From the human T2T-CHM13v2.0 reference genome, Homo sapiens, in NCBI RefSeq assembly GCF_009914755.1, contig NC_060929.1: a stretch of DNA of 64,000 nt; one strand, 5' to 3'. Shown here piece after piece: positions 43,691-59,500 of the stretch. The position numbers and the translations under genes were made by a program. How positions within the stretch are numbered: position 1 is the first letter of the stretch; the number at the start of each line of letters is the position of its first letter. The notes under the pieces are model-generated. The model ran no database searches and had not been told where the DNA came from. It worked only from the letters and a program-made list of their open reading frames with translations.

Positions 43691-44494
43691 CTAATCTTGT
43701 ACCCCAGGTTCAAAAATAAAAGGTACTTTGCTTTAAAACAAAGAATAGTCTTTCTTCCAAGAAGAATCAGAAAGATTATGAACTATTTTTCTGATTCTTC
43801 ACTCTATTTTCTCTCTTTTACATTAAGGCTTTTAAAACATGAGTCAATCTTACCTTATTATATTATTAACATGCTCGTTCATTCATTCATTCATTTATTC
43901 AGATGACTGTAAAATTCCTGCTTTGTTAGGAAATATTTCTGACTAGGTGGTTAATGCTATGGTTAGATACACAAAGTGCTGTGGGAATTGCTCACTGGAC
44001 CTGAGTGAAGGGTTAGGATAGGCTTTCCAGAGGAGGCAACATTTGATCTGGTTCCTCCAGATTGAGCAGAGGTAGGTGAGCATACAGGAAAGGACAAGAG
44101 CATTTCAAGGCTGGCACATCTCAGGGCACAGGCAGATCTTAATGTTACAGAGGAAATAAAATGACAGGTGGTTTCTGATCATAGGAATTACCCATGCTGT
44201 GTTCAAAAGGCTTGTGACATTACTCATCCTCCCTGCCTTTAGTCTTATCTAGAGCCATTCACTGAAGGCATTCCTTCAGCAAAATCTAACAAGAACATAC
44301 ACCATATCAGTATCATATTAGCTATAGCTTAGCCCCATTTCTGCCCCACTGTGTGTAGCTCAGAGTCACCTTGTTACTCTAGAGCCAAATTCATCACTGT
44401 TTAGGTACCACATTAGAAAAGAGTCAAGTGTTGGCAAGGGAATTCCAATCAAGCCACAAGCCTGGAAAAGGAGCTCTCTATTCTGAGCTCTCTG

Positions 44495-45058
<564 letters not shown>

Positions 45059-47134
45059 GGTTTCAGTATTTTAAAAACTTACTTCAGGTGATTCTATGTG
45101 TGCAACCATGATTGAGATACACTGTTATAGAATCTAGGATGTGATAAACTAGAAGAACATAACTAAAGTTTTGCATTTTTCGGGTGTCTCAGTTTCCTCA
45201 TTTATAGATGGAGTTGGTATGTGTACCAAGTTCATAGGCTTGTTCTGAGTAAATTAGTGCATGTAAAGTGCTCCACAGAATGTTAGCTGTTGTGATGCTT
45301 TACTTTCCATTGCACTTCCTGACTCCTAGCCTTTCTTTTCCTTGGCTCTTTTTATGCTCATGTCAGATGCCTCTATTGTTTCTTTCCCCCCAGAATATCC
45401 TCCACTTTATCTTGCTCTGCTCAACATCTTTAAAGTATAGAATCAACAGACTGCCATGCCACCCAGTCTGTCTGACAATTGAGGCAAATTCCCTAAGTCC
45501 TCTTGTTCTCCTTCTGAGATTTCCACCTGCTCTAACCCCTTCCAATATTTCAGATGCCGTCTCCAGCTATGATAATTTAATCAGTGTTTGCTCTGCTCAT
45601 CCTTGATATGTGAGTCCTAAGATTTTAAGCGATCATTTCCCTTCTAAGTCATGTATGACCCATTAGTCCCTCCATTCTTTTTTCTTACCCCTCATTTCAT
45701 ATTCTCTTTATGGCTACTCCTGTTGATGTATCCATTTGGCCACACTTCTTAAACTTCTCCACCTAAAGCAGAGGAAAAAGAACAAGTTGAACATGAACCC
45801 TTTAAGGGTAATGGGGTCTGAAGTGTCACACTAAAAGGTCATCTGCAAGTATGTATTTCATATCTTTGTTTAAATAAAATAGTTACATAGTAGAGGGAAA
45901 AAAAATCCATGTGGATTTTGCATTTCACTCAATTATAACCTTGATTTTTAATGCTAAAAATTATTTTTCCTAAAATCTTGGGGTAAAAGTGTTGCTCCAA
46001 AGAGCTTTTATCAGATTATGTTTATCCTGTAGCTGCCTGTCCCCTGTGACCGATACTGGAAACCCTCAGGATTACAAATGCCTCCGTTTGCAAGTAAGAG
46101 TGAAATACAGCAGAACTGTGTCTTCTCCTTTGTCTTGTTCCCCATCTCTCTTCTGTGCTTTGTATTGTTTCCTCTCCTGTCACCTAAACAGGCACTCTGA
46201 AAGAAAACTCTCCAGTACTGGAGAACTTAGCATATTCTAATTCCTAGGTTAAAAAAAAATAATAAATGACTGAATGATTTTTTTTAAAGAATATTTTCCA
46301 TCAGAAGAAATTTGGAAGTATTTTGTTGCAGAATTTTAAAACATTTGATCTGGGTCTAATTCTGTCCTGGGACTGGTAATCATCTTTTTTTGAGGCTAAA
46401 TTTTCTCATTTTGATGAAAAAGTCATCAATAGATGTTGAAAGCTGGACAGTGCAGTGTCAAAGCAAATGCTTTGCATGTCTGCAAGAAAGTCACAAATAA
46501 AGAAGGCTCTGCTGACTAAAAGAGAAAGATACTTAATCAACTCCAGTACCATTGTTGAGGGGAACATTCTATCAGGATTCAGTATAGAGAGATATTTTTA
46601 GGCTATTCACAAAATCCAGGTAGAACCTCCAAGCTACATTTACAATAATACTAGCTTTTAGATTAATTGTTGTTTTTTAAATATGTATTAGCCTCTTATA
46701 CAAATATAAGGAGTTACAAATTATTATTACAATAATCTTGGCTTTCGTGATTGTCCGATGTATTTACACGTACCGAGAGCTTTATTTCTCCGTATAGTTT
46801 CAAGTTACTGTCTCGTGTCCTTTCATTTCACCTTGCAGGACTCCTTTGAGCATTTCTTACAGGGAAGTTCTAGTGGTAATAAACTCCCTCCACTTTTATC
46901 TGGAAACATCTTAGTTTCTCTCTCACTTTTCAAGAACAGTTCTGCCAGATAGAGGACCCTTGGTTGATAGGTTTTTTTCTTTTAGCACTTTGAATATATC
47001 AGCCCACTGCCTTCTGGCCTCCAAAGTTTCTGATAAGAAATCTGCCCGTCATCTTATGATGTACTTGACAAATTTTTTCTCTCTTGCTGCTTTCAAGATT
47101 CTCTCCTTGTCTTTGGCTTTAGAAAGTTTGCTTA

Positions 47135-47444
<310 letters not shown>

Positions 47445-47643
47445 TTATATTATGTGTCAATGTGGGTCTTTTTGAATTCATCTTACTTGGGATACACTGT
47501 GCCTTTTTGGATTTGGGGGCTCATGCCTTTCAGCTATGATTTCTTTAAGTATTCTGTTTTCCTTTTTCTCTCTCTTCTCCTCCTGGGACTTCCACAGTAC
47601 GTACACTGGTTTGCTTGATGGTGTTCCATACATTCTGTAGGCC

Positions 47644-47869
47644 AGGGATGTCCAATCTTTTGGCTTCCCTGGGCCACGTTGGAAGAAGAGGAATTGTCTT
47701 AGGCCACACATAAAATACACTAACACTAACGATAGCTGATGAGCTAAAGAAAAATCACCCTCAAAAAAATCTCCTAATGTTTTAAGAAAGTTTACAAATT
47801 TGTGTTGGGCCACATTCAAAGCCATCCTGAGGCACATGTGGCCCATGGGCTGTGGGTTGGACAAGCTTG
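47644..47869. mobile_element. MER30 hAT fossil
   Basis: cagggatgtccaatcttttggcttccctgggccac...ggttggacaagcttg. Confidence 0.85.
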
Positions 47870-49182
47870 CTATAGGCTCTGTTCATTATTCTTCAATCTT
47901 TTTTCTTTCTGTTCCTCAGACTCAGTAATTTCCACTGTCCTGTCATCAAGTTTGATACTGATTCCTTCCTTGCCTGCTCAATTTTGCCGTTGAAACCCTG
48001 TAGCAAATTTTTAAATTTTAGTTATTGCACTTTTCAGCTCAAGAATTCCTTTTTAGTTTCTTTTTAGGTTTTCTATATTTTTATTAATACTTTAGTTTTG
48101 TTTGCACATCATTTTCTTGATTTTCTCTATATCTTCCTTTAGCTCTTTGAGCATCTTTAAGATAGTTGTTTTGATGTCTTTATCTAGTAGATCTACTGTT
48201 AGGTCTTTTTAAGGGATAGGTTTTTTGGTTTATGTTTTTTACTGTGAATGAGCCATACTTCTCTATTTCCTGGCATGCCTTGTTATTTTTTGTATTGGAC
48301 ACTTGAATCTAATAATGTGATAAATCTAGGAAAATCAGATTTCTCCCATCCCCAGGGTTTGCTGTTTTTTGTTATTGTTTTTATTTTTATTTTTTATTAT
48401 TGTTGTAAGCTGTCTCCATGCCAAGGATCAGCTGAGGTGTAAACATAAGATCTTCTTAGGTCTTTTCTGAGCCTGCACCCTTCCCTGGTCATGTGCAGTC
48501 ACTTTCTAATTTTCCCTACACATGCAGTTGTTTTTGAATGTCCCAGCCTTTCACGTGTGGCTCCCAAAAGGAGGAAAGGAGAAAAATGAAGAGGGTGAAA
48601 AGGTGCTGGCCCTTTAATTCTCCCAGAAGTCACTTCAGCCTGAGGGAGAGTGGCTGGCAACATTGTGGGGGAGGTGCAACAACAATGGCCATCAAGCATT
48701 TTGTTTGCACCTCTGTGATCAGAAGCAGCAGTGTCGGAAGCACAGATCCTCAGAATTTGGAGAACACAGTTCTTGCTTTCCACCCTGACTCTCACAGGCT
48801 GTGTGCAAACTGCTCCGGAACATGTGTGTGCTCAGCTCCCTCCCATGGGGCTGGAGGATGAGGGATGGGTAGCTGCTGCTGTGCTAAGAGCTTAAGTTGG
48901 TCATAATTAACTGCGCTTTGCCACCCAAGCCTTCCCTGAAAGTTGCAAGCTTTCAATAGACTCCAGAGTTCTAAAATAGTGACATTAGACAGATTCTGCC
49001 AGTGCAATCGCTGTCTAGGAGGGGAGACAGATTCCTGGTGCTTCCTGTTTTGCCAGCTTCCCGGAATCTTCTTCACATAGCATCCATTTTGAAGATACTA
49101 CTTACTTCTCAATTTGGGGCTATTCATTGAATAGACTGTCACCAGGTTATTGGCTGTTTGAAGATTCTCATTTGTCTGCTAA

Positions 49183-49284
<102 letters not shown>

Positions 49285-49638
49285 TAAGTAATTCCTGGGA
49301 GAACAACAGCCCCAGAAATGGTGGCATGTTTCAGCCAGACTTTACTTGCAGAGAAAATATATTTTTAACATTTTAAAAATTATTTTCTAATTGGGAAAAT
49401 GATGCAATCTATTATAGAAAATGTAGAAACCTTTTTTGTAAGGTATTTAACATTTTTTAATTGATAAATTAGCCTAGCATCAAGTTTTTGTTTGTGAGAA
49501 GGGAAGAGGAATTAGGATTTAAACACTTAAAAATCAAAGCCTTTTAAAAGATTTCCTTGGCTCATGCTTATTTATAAATTATTGGGCTTAATATTATTTC
49601 AAAAGCTTAAACCTTTCATTTTATTTTTCAAAGAATAA

Positions 49639-49761
<123 letters not shown>

Positions 49762-50152
49762 AGGCCTCATGTCTTCTTCTTGGGACAATCTCATGCCAGA
49801 AACTTCTAATTACATATGTCAAGAAAAGCTGACAGTAGTTCTTGCCACTCCACACACCATGACTTAGAAAATGTGAATGAATATATTTCAAAAAAGGCAG
49901 CACAACACAGTGAAGGGTCCTGGGCCTGAGCTCCTGGGATGTCATTTCACATCAATCAACTGTGTGATCTAGAGCAAGTCACTTAGCCACTTTCTGTGCT
50001 TTACTTTATTTATCTAAAATGAGAGGGTTATACTAGACGAGCCATACCCTGCCTTTTTAGTGCTATAGTTGTTATTCTAAACCGCCTTTATTTTTATTTT
50101 AAAATTAATATATGAATATAGATTTATTTTTCCACTCCTTCTAATTATGCAG

Positions 50153-50214
50153 TGACAAATGGACAAATGGACACAGGACTCAGTGAGACTTTTCAGACCT
50201 CGAAAGTTTCATAA
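50153..50214 (+). CDS. STK32A: Alternative STK32A C-terminus (V)TNGQMDTGLSETFQTSKVS* via splicing of 49733-50152
   Basis: Internal donor AAG|GTGAGG at 49732, acceptor ttatgcag at 50152, frame stays open to TAA at 50212-50214. Confidence 0.7.
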
Positions 50215-50925
50215 AGTGGTCAGAATGCCCCAGGCTACTTGGATAAAGATAAGGAATTCTATCAGGGAGGCATGAATGGAATCAGATTAAAAGTAACAGA
50301 GATGGATGAGGGCCTTCCAGTGATATGCGTGAATCAGCATTAGATCCGCTTATCTCAGCTGGCAGGAGCCTGCTGTGCACACCACTTCCCAGCTCCCTCT
50401 TCAACAATGTGAAAGTGGTAACTTGAAATTGGTAATAATGGGAGCATTTACACCACGGAAACTGGTAAATGCTCGTTTTTTCCCTCCTAACAAGTGAATT
50501 GCTAAATATTAGCCCACCACTCCTTCCAAGAAGCATGTTCCTTGAGGGCTAATTGTCCTCTGAAGATTAGCAGAGACCTGTATCTGGAGAGGATCAGAAA
50601 AGAATGTCATCACACTGAAAGTATGTCCACCTTGCAGTTCAGAAAAGTTGCATCTTATATGGGGTTTATTGTCTAAGTTAGAAATGAATTTAGAAGATAG
50701 TAAAATTTACCGTTGAAAAACCCCTTAAATTACCCATAAAGTATATGGGAAGTATCTTTTCTCAGTAAAGCCCAATACAGTGTCACCTTTCACTAATGAA
50801 ACAAGCCATTGCTTTTGTTTTGTTTTGACTTAGTTATTTTTATTTTTGGTCTCATTTTGGCTAATACCAGATGAGCTAAAATGTTGAACAAATTATACTT
50901 GTTTTTATAGACTAGAATTACTCTT

Positions 50926-51268
<343 letters not shown>

Positions 51269-53607
51269 TCATGGAGACTAAGGGAACAGTGGTATCATGT
51301 CTCCCTTCTCCCTTGTGCTTACTACAAGAATGGCAGGCAGAATTCCCTACTTATTTAAAATATCACTGATGTCTCACTCTTTTTCTTTATATTTTATTTA
51401 TTGATTTGCCACAAAGTTTAATTCACCTAAGTGAGACGTGCATATGATGTAACTCCACTGTACAGATACACAGATCTTTACAGAAGAACTATTTTTGGCA
51501 ACCCCTATGCCCCTGGGTAGGGTCCAGAAGTGAACAGGCTTGGTGGGGGATTGTTTTCACCTCTTGGCTACTCAGAGTACCTAAACCTGTCCTTACTTAT
51601 GGAGAGCATGTGTCACACCAAGATGGCAGTAAGCTGGCAACTGCGAAGACCTGACTGATGCCCATTTGGGAAGCCAGGCAAGTGAAAATGGACCGAAGAA
51701 ACAGAGATGGCTGTCTTTTATGCAGGGCTTTTCCATAAAGAGGTTACACTGGGGCAACCAAGTATGTGTAGAAAGCCAGAGCTAAACTTCAGCTTGGCAT
51801 TCACAGTTTTCTCTTCACTGAGCTAATAGGCCCAGAGTTTCGGGCAGAGCTGTGAAATAGTGCTTCTCTAATAGCAACCATATTATTGTTACATAATTAA
51901 AAGCCAGCTCTTTTGTTGTTTGTTTGATTCCTTTTCCCTACAGTTCCCACATCATTTGTCTGTGCTATTCTGTTTTTCTCCAAACACTATAAACTTGAAG
52001 CAATTGCCCTGACTCGATTTCAGAGAAGGGGATGTGTTGGAAAGAGCAAGAATAAGAAAGTGACCAGATTCTGCTGCAGTCTGGTAACCCCACGAGTGTC
52101 AGGGACTACTTGCATGTTTACTTCTATCCTTCATTTGTTTTGATTCAAGCCTTTATGTGCTGTGGACTCACCTCCCTAAGTAACCAGGTTCCTCCTCTCG
52201 CTGCAACCTTGTTTGCATCCTTCCCAAGAAGAGGCTTTGGGAAATTTTTCTGTAATTACACTTACCAAAGAGCCATGGAACCATTAGGATCTCCACTGTG
52301 ATGAGAGTTAAGCCATAGTGCCATTTCACACGTATACATTTATGATGGGATGGGAACCCGATACAATCTCTGTAGGCTGAATCCCTAGTTTTATTTCCAG
52401 TGAGCTGCTTCTGTGACTGAAGCACCTCTGTGGGCTTTTGGGAACCATGGATGCACAGATGAGAGAGCACAGGCTCAGAGAGTAAGATGGATTTCTAGTG
52501 CTAGCCAGGTGAATGACACACAGTGTATTTCAAGTTTGAAAAGCAAAACCATGGTATCTGACAGTGCTGATTGTAATCACCTCCCACCACTGTGCATTTT
52601 AAACATGAGAACAAAAAACTTTTCCAAAATTTAAACTTTTCCTAAATCTTTGTGGTCATTGCTAGTTGTTGACATCAGATCCTTTGGTTTTATTCTATAA
52701 CTTGGGCTAAACGTTAATATCCCACTAGGTGGAACATGTCTCTTCCGGAGTTGTGACAACCGAGGCTCAGAGCTGTGATTTTTAGAAAACAAGATGACTA
52801 TTAAATCCTTTGGCCTGGTATTCTTGAATGTTTTTCTCCCAGTGCTTCCCTTGCCTGTATGGAGCATCTGCAAAGTCTGAGCAGGTTTTGAAGTCCAAGA
52901 GCATCCCAGCTATAAGGCTCTTGCACTGTGACAGAGCTGCCCACCTCCAGTACACCCTCAGTGACCTCGAGTAGATGCGTAGGGCAGTCAAACCCGGCAA
53001 CTTATGCCACAACCCTAATTCCAGGAAGTCGTCTGCTAATGGCTAACCCACTGCCATGGTGGCACTGGTTTTGCCTGAGGTCATTGCTAGGGCAGGAATG
53101 AACAGCAACCAGCACAGAGCATTGCTAAATTAATTACAGTAATCTAATTAATTAGTAGCTAGGCTTCTTCTGATAGGAAAGTTTCAACCAGAAACCACTA
53201 GATGTTCTATTATCATAGCTTTTGTAGATTGGATGGAAGAATAAGTAGGAAGAAAGAGTATTAATGTAGCTAGTAGGGACCAGTGTTGCTGCTTGTGGCT
53301 GAGGCAGTAATGCTAAGGCTTTAGCTCTTCAAAAGCAGAATGAAAAGGCACAAAAAGCACTTCAAGCTTGTTTCTGTACCCAGTTGTCCCTGTATTGTCT
53401 ACATAAAATCCTGTTTCCTGCTATCTGTCTGTGATTCCTGTTTATTACAAATTCAGTGTGTCTGACTGATATTAAACACTGATATTAAAATTTCAAACTT
53501 CACTTATCTGTGCTGTTGTGAACAGGCAGCTGATCTGGCAGCCCTCGAATGGGAAACAAGTGCTTCTGTTGAGCTGTAGCATATATAATATAAATGTGCC
53601 TATGTGT

Positions 53608-53680
53608 ATTAAAATGTCTTCTGTAAACAATGAGCCACTGACCCTTCTTTGTCAGCTGTGTGTGTGTATGTGTGTGTGTG
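53608..53680 (+). terminator. STK32A polyadenylation signal ATTAAA plus downstream (TG)n GU-rich element
   Basis: ATTAAA at 53608-53613; TG-rich tract ~53650-53680; additional ATTAAA at ~53471 and ~53484. Confidence 0.65.
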
Positions 53681-55380
53681 TAATTGTTTTCTCCAGAGAT
53701 AGCATTGCGGGTGCCCAAAGTAACCCGTTCTTATGTCTATTTCCTATTGTGAGGAATGTCCCTTACCAGAAATAATATTCTGTGACAGAGATGATGTTCT
53801 GCAACTATGGAATGCAGTATAGCTTACTTGACCCACATGTATAAAAACTAAAAATCCTTACCTCTCTAGTAGTCGCATTTCAGGGAACACAGCCCAGAAT
53901 TCCAGTTTCTGCCTTTCACTATGTCCCTAAGTCCATGGGCAGCCTATGCACCTCTTTCTTTAGCACTCTGCCTTCCTACCCCTCAACATCCGTGCCCCAT
54001 TCCATATACCAAAGCAGCAGGCAGAAGTTCTAAGGTCCATCACCTGGGACAGAAAGTTAACAGGCAACTCTGAACTCTTGCAGCTAAAAGCAACCTCTGC
54101 TTTAGGAGAGAACAAAGGGCACTGTCACCACCTCTCAGACCCACAGTGGGTGGGCAGCCAGCAAGCTGCTGGCTCCATGGGCTTGTCCTGAAATAGTAGG
54201 CTGTTGTAAGTTTTGTGGCCTCCGAAGTTCTGCATGCGAAGTACCCTGTTGTCCAGGTCATGTTAAGTGTCCTGCTGTGTGCTTAGCAGCCATCTGAGCA
54301 AAGGGCAGGATCTAGAACTCTTCAGATTCTGAAAAGTACCAGCCTTAAGCATGTGATCTCATTTCCTCAGGTTACTTTGGCCTTTTTATCCCCCATCTCC
54401 TGCTCATGGTCGGGGTCTCCTTTGTGATGGGTTGGTGGTAGAAGAGCTGATTCCAGAAAGTTATTTGGAACCAGAGGGCCCTTTTTAGTCTCCTACTCAG
54501 CATTCTCATTCCCCACCTGGTCAACGTGACTCAGCCACTGAACAGCTCCACCCTGAAGGAAGAGATGTGAAAGTCAATGTGTATCTTTCACCATTTAAGA
54601 AGAAAACCACTTCATGCCTTTCAGACTGCTGCATCCTGAGTTTAAGTGCTGACTATTGCCTTTAAACCCACTCAAATCCTAAACAGAGCTCAGCTGCTGC
54701 CTCGGTCATGAGCAGGGAGAGGCACTTCACCAATCCTGAGTTAGAGCCATAAAATGGGGCTATAAACCAAAGCTTATTAAACATCAAAACTCGAACTTCA
54801 ACTGTAAAATAATTAATTCTTTATGCACTTAGAGTAGCTTGTGACTGGGATTCTGAGCTTCTGTGTTAAAAGGTATAATCACTCTATGCTCCTGTATCAA
54901 GGGCATTGTTCTATCAGACCAACAGGGGGTCATCACATATAAAAGCAATTAATCAGAAATGGCCATCCCCTGGTATCCCATCTCCTCCCCACCCGTCCCA
55001 ACTTCCACATCACCAGGCAAAACATTCATGCCCTGCAAGCTTGCGAATGGTGCCACAGCCACGGCTCTTTTTGCCTTCCTTGCATCCATCCCTCTTCAGT
55101 TATCACAAATTGATTTTCTTTGTGGAGTTATTGGGAGTCCATGTGGTTCAGGTGGCTCAGGGGCCAGGTATGTTATCCGGTGTGGCCAATTGGTCCCACG
55201 TGCTCTTCTGGCCACAGTGACTAGGTCAATGATGAGTACATGCCCCAAGCCAGACTGAATCAGTCTTTTTAGCGGGAACTATTGAGGGACTCTCTCCCTC
55301 TTCTGAGGTTACTAAGCAGGTGAAATGAAAACCTGGAGATGCTGACAACCAACTTTGTCCCACATAAAAAGAGCTTTCCT

Positions 55381-55661
<281 letters not shown>

Positions 55662-56585
55662 AAAAAGAGCTTTCCTAAGAAGGAAGCACTTACTGAAGGC
55701 ACACAGGGCCGAAGTGGAAAGAAGCAACGCTCTGATGTCAGGGTCTAGCACTTAGATCCAACTACACTTGAGTCTGCCTGACTGAACTTTATAGTTGCAC
55801 CAGACTTTAAAATTCCACTTTCCAATTTCCCCCTGGTAAACTAGTTTAACTTTTGCAATGAAAATATGATCTGCACAACAAATTACAACTGGATTCAGCA
55901 GTGTTTCCCTCAAAAGGGTGTAGTATAATAGGTTTGGTGGGATGCTAAAAGATGGGATGGGATAGAAGGGTTCAGTAGTCAAAAGCTTGAGAACCCTGAA
56001 TTAGGCAAACTTTGAAAGACCTTTATCACGGGATTTCTCAGAGTCTTCAAGTTGCCGATATGTACCTGAAAGCTCTAAGAAGAGCAGATATAGCAAATAA
56101 TGCTTCCGTACACTGATTTTACTCCTTGGGATCCATTTGATAAAGAATATACTTTGGTATGGGTGTAATTTGAGTTTTTCTTCAAGTCTAGGCTATTAAA
56201 AAGAAGCAGAAAATGCTTCCAAAACAATCAAATAGCAAGGCTTTAGGGGAAAGACCAAAAAAAAAAAAAAAACCCAAAACAAAAAGCTTTATGGCTCTGT
56301 TCTGGACTTAGCTAGATTTATCCCAAATGGCATATAATACTAAATTTGATGATCCACAGAAGAAAAAAACTTACTCATTCTCCAAAGTTTCAAAATGGCC
56401 ATCAAGCTTGGTGGTCAAAACTAACAACTCAATTTCAAAAATAGAAGCCCCCAATTTTTCTCCAGACAACTCTGTTATCAGCAGATCTGCCTGCCCCTCT
56501 TACTAACCCTTTCAGTTCTACTGGGCAATTTTAATATTATAGGTGAAAATGCACATCACACAAAGAAGAAGACTGGAGAACAATG

Positions 56586-59500
56586 TTGGTAATTTCATAG
56601 TTATTTTAATAACCAGGTTTACATTAACAGTCACGTGATGAACTTTTTTCTTTAATGTCAGCTAAACTCAAAACACAGTTTTGTTCACGGTTCAAACCAA
56701 ACAGCTCTTCACGTTCCAGAGCTGCCTCACAGCTAGCACAGATCACAGGAGATTACTGTCTGTCCATACCCACCAGACACAGAACTGAACACCCACACAC
56801 CAGTTTTCAAAGAGGGAACTTACAATGAATGCTGGCTGCCCAGGGCAGCCCATGAGTGTATCTGGGACTCAAGCTGGAGTTTTCCAGGGGAGAAAGCCTG
56901 GGAAGCTTGTGGCAAGGAAGTTGGGAATTGCCCACCCTACTGGAAAGGGCTTCTCAGGGATGAGTGAAAATCCAGGCTCAGGTGTCAGCCCTTTGTGGAA
57001 ACATGACACTCTCAGTATAGACAGTCGTGAAGAACAAGGCTGAGGGATTTTGAAGTAAACCCATTTTCAGGATGACTACAATCCTTCCACTTCTAGAAAA
57101 CTTAGAAGTACAAGAAATAGCTCTACTACGGGTAACTGATTTAACAATTTCCCAAACACCCTTTCCACTACCCAAGCCCGTGGCCCTCAGAGAGAACCGG
57201 GATGGATTGCCATCTGGGTTCAGAGGCAATATGAGGAGGTTGGGGGGATGGCAGGGGCATCCTCAGGGTTGGGGGGCAGGCCAAGGGATGAGATGGCAAA
57301 GGACAGCTTTGGAATCAGATAGACGATCCAGCGTGCCTTCCTACACTTGCATGAGGTGCCAGTGAATTCGAAGAGGGCCGGGACTCACCATTGTTTTCTT
57401 TTCCTAAACCTTTTGTATAGGCCTGTTTGATGTGTCTTATGAAACGAAACAAATCTGAATATAAATTTTAAAATAGTGGGAGTTATTCTCGCAATTCCCA
57501 GGGATTTCTATGCTTGGAGAGTTAGTAATGGTAAGTGAAGAAAGAGAGGCTTCCTGAGCTCATGTTGTTCCTCCCAAGGGCATTTGGGGGTTGTTCCCAG
57601 AGCAAGGAAATCTTGTGCAGAATCAAAGGTTCTGGTGGAATGGTTCACTTCGGAAGTCCCAAGGGCAGTGCGGATGACCGATTTGGCCATGGAAGACTTA
57701 TCTTCATGGCACAGAGAGGTTGTGCAGAGATGAGTCAGACTCAGGGGCTGAGTAACAGCAGAGCAGAGAGTGCAGAAGTGGACGCTCAGAAGCGAGTTTA
57801 TGTGTGTCTTTTCCTCTATCTGCTGGCTGTGGCTGGTACTGCAACCTATCCCAAAGTAACAGCCTAGTCAATGAGGTATATGCTTCAGATCTGGCAAACT
57901 CTCTCTGCACATAAAACTGTTATTCTTAGTTCTCTGAAAGACCCCCACATCTTTGAAGTGTAAACTAAGAGCTACATTTTCCCTTTTACTACATCTCCCT
58001 TAAAAGAAAAGCACTACAAGAGCTTTAAAATAGCAAGCTTCCCTATTCTAAGGGGAAATAGTCTTTTTTCATGATTTGAACAGAAGGTAGCTTGCTAGGG
58101 GAAATCCTGTTCCTTGGCTATCTCCAAATTCCTTTGTAGCCCAGTGTGTACTTTTCTCTGGTCTTCAACTTATTCAAACCTGCAGTCAGAGACAATGGTT
58201 TCTCCTAAGCAATTAAAAGGTGTCTGAGGCCTGCTCTTCTCTTCAAAGCACTTAGTACACAGGGTTACAGGTGCTACCACTTGGATTCCCCAGAGCATGG
58301 AAGTCTGATCCCAGGTTGAACATATTTCTTCTGAAAATGAGCATCTTGGTTCTATAGATTCTTATCTTGCTCACAGGACTTGCTCCAAAACTGAATTTTC
58401 AGAAGCAGCATGATAGGGAAAGAGATATTCAACTCTGACAGACAAGGTAGATCGAAGCACCCACACTAATTTCTTTCAGGTGCCCCATGAGGAAGACTGC
58501 ATCATGTCACTTCCACTCACTTGGGGAGATTCTAGGACTGAGACACAAAGTTCCCCCAGAGTTTCTGCTAATGGAAGGGGAAACAGGTGGTTTGGAATGG
58601 AAAGGTGGAACCAGGTCCACAAAATGTGCTCCCTCTGCTCAAGACTGACTTTGGCTTTCCCAGTTCCCCACTTGACTTTCATATAAGCTGAGATGACCTA
58701 TTACGGTAAAAATTAGGGAACACCTAATAAAACCAACTTTCAAAAACTCCTATTTATCATGGATGTGCCAGGATCGAGAGAATCAAACACAAACTGCCTG
58801 TAAGAGAGGCCCTTCATTCTGCCTCATCTGAGCTAAAATCCTGACTTGGGATGCCAGAAGCATGCCACTCTTCTCGGTTTGCAAAGACAGAAGAGTGAGA
58901 GGTGACCTCGCCGTGTTTAGAAGGAAGCGTCTTTAAGCTGTGGGTGCCCTCACCACGTGGGCCTGTGCTATGTTCTCAGCTGCTGGCTTTTAAGAGCACC
59001 AAAGAGGCAGGGAGGGCAAGAGGAAGAGAAGTGTCATTTGCTCTGTCCCTGCCTGGCCTTCCCAACCCAGGAAAGAGAAGGATTTGAAAGCAACACTAAG
59101 AAAGAGGCCTGAGCAAACACTGGCACAATCAAGCAGGTGGAAGAAATGGTTGGGTCTTGGCATTTTAATAAACGTTCAAAGAAACAAAATTTACTTGTAG
59201 GGGACGTGACAAAGAACAGAACCCAAAGACTGCCTGCCTTCTCGGCAGACCCTAGGGAGCTGTGGTGATGTGACAGCTGCCACAGCGGCTATCTTCCATG
59301 GAAATAACGTACGTCATCAACACAATATACAACACCCCTTCCACTCACCTGACCCACCCACCTCCCTCCTACATGCCCTACCCCAGCCCCTCTGCACCCT
59401 CCACCTTGCTCCAGGCTCCCACCACCCACTCACCCCAAATAACCTGCGTCCCTTTTGTTCATTTCCCTGACGTCCCAGCTTGTCTGTCCCCTTGTCATAA

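Noticed and set aside
52720-52737. CCACTAGGTGGAAC as a CTCF site
   Set aside because: Lacks the near-invariant C of the GGC core.
57241-57290. G-rich + strand tract as an RNA G4 in DPYSL3
   Set aside because: It is C-rich in the DPYSL3 mRNA sense, and one loop exceeds 7 nt.
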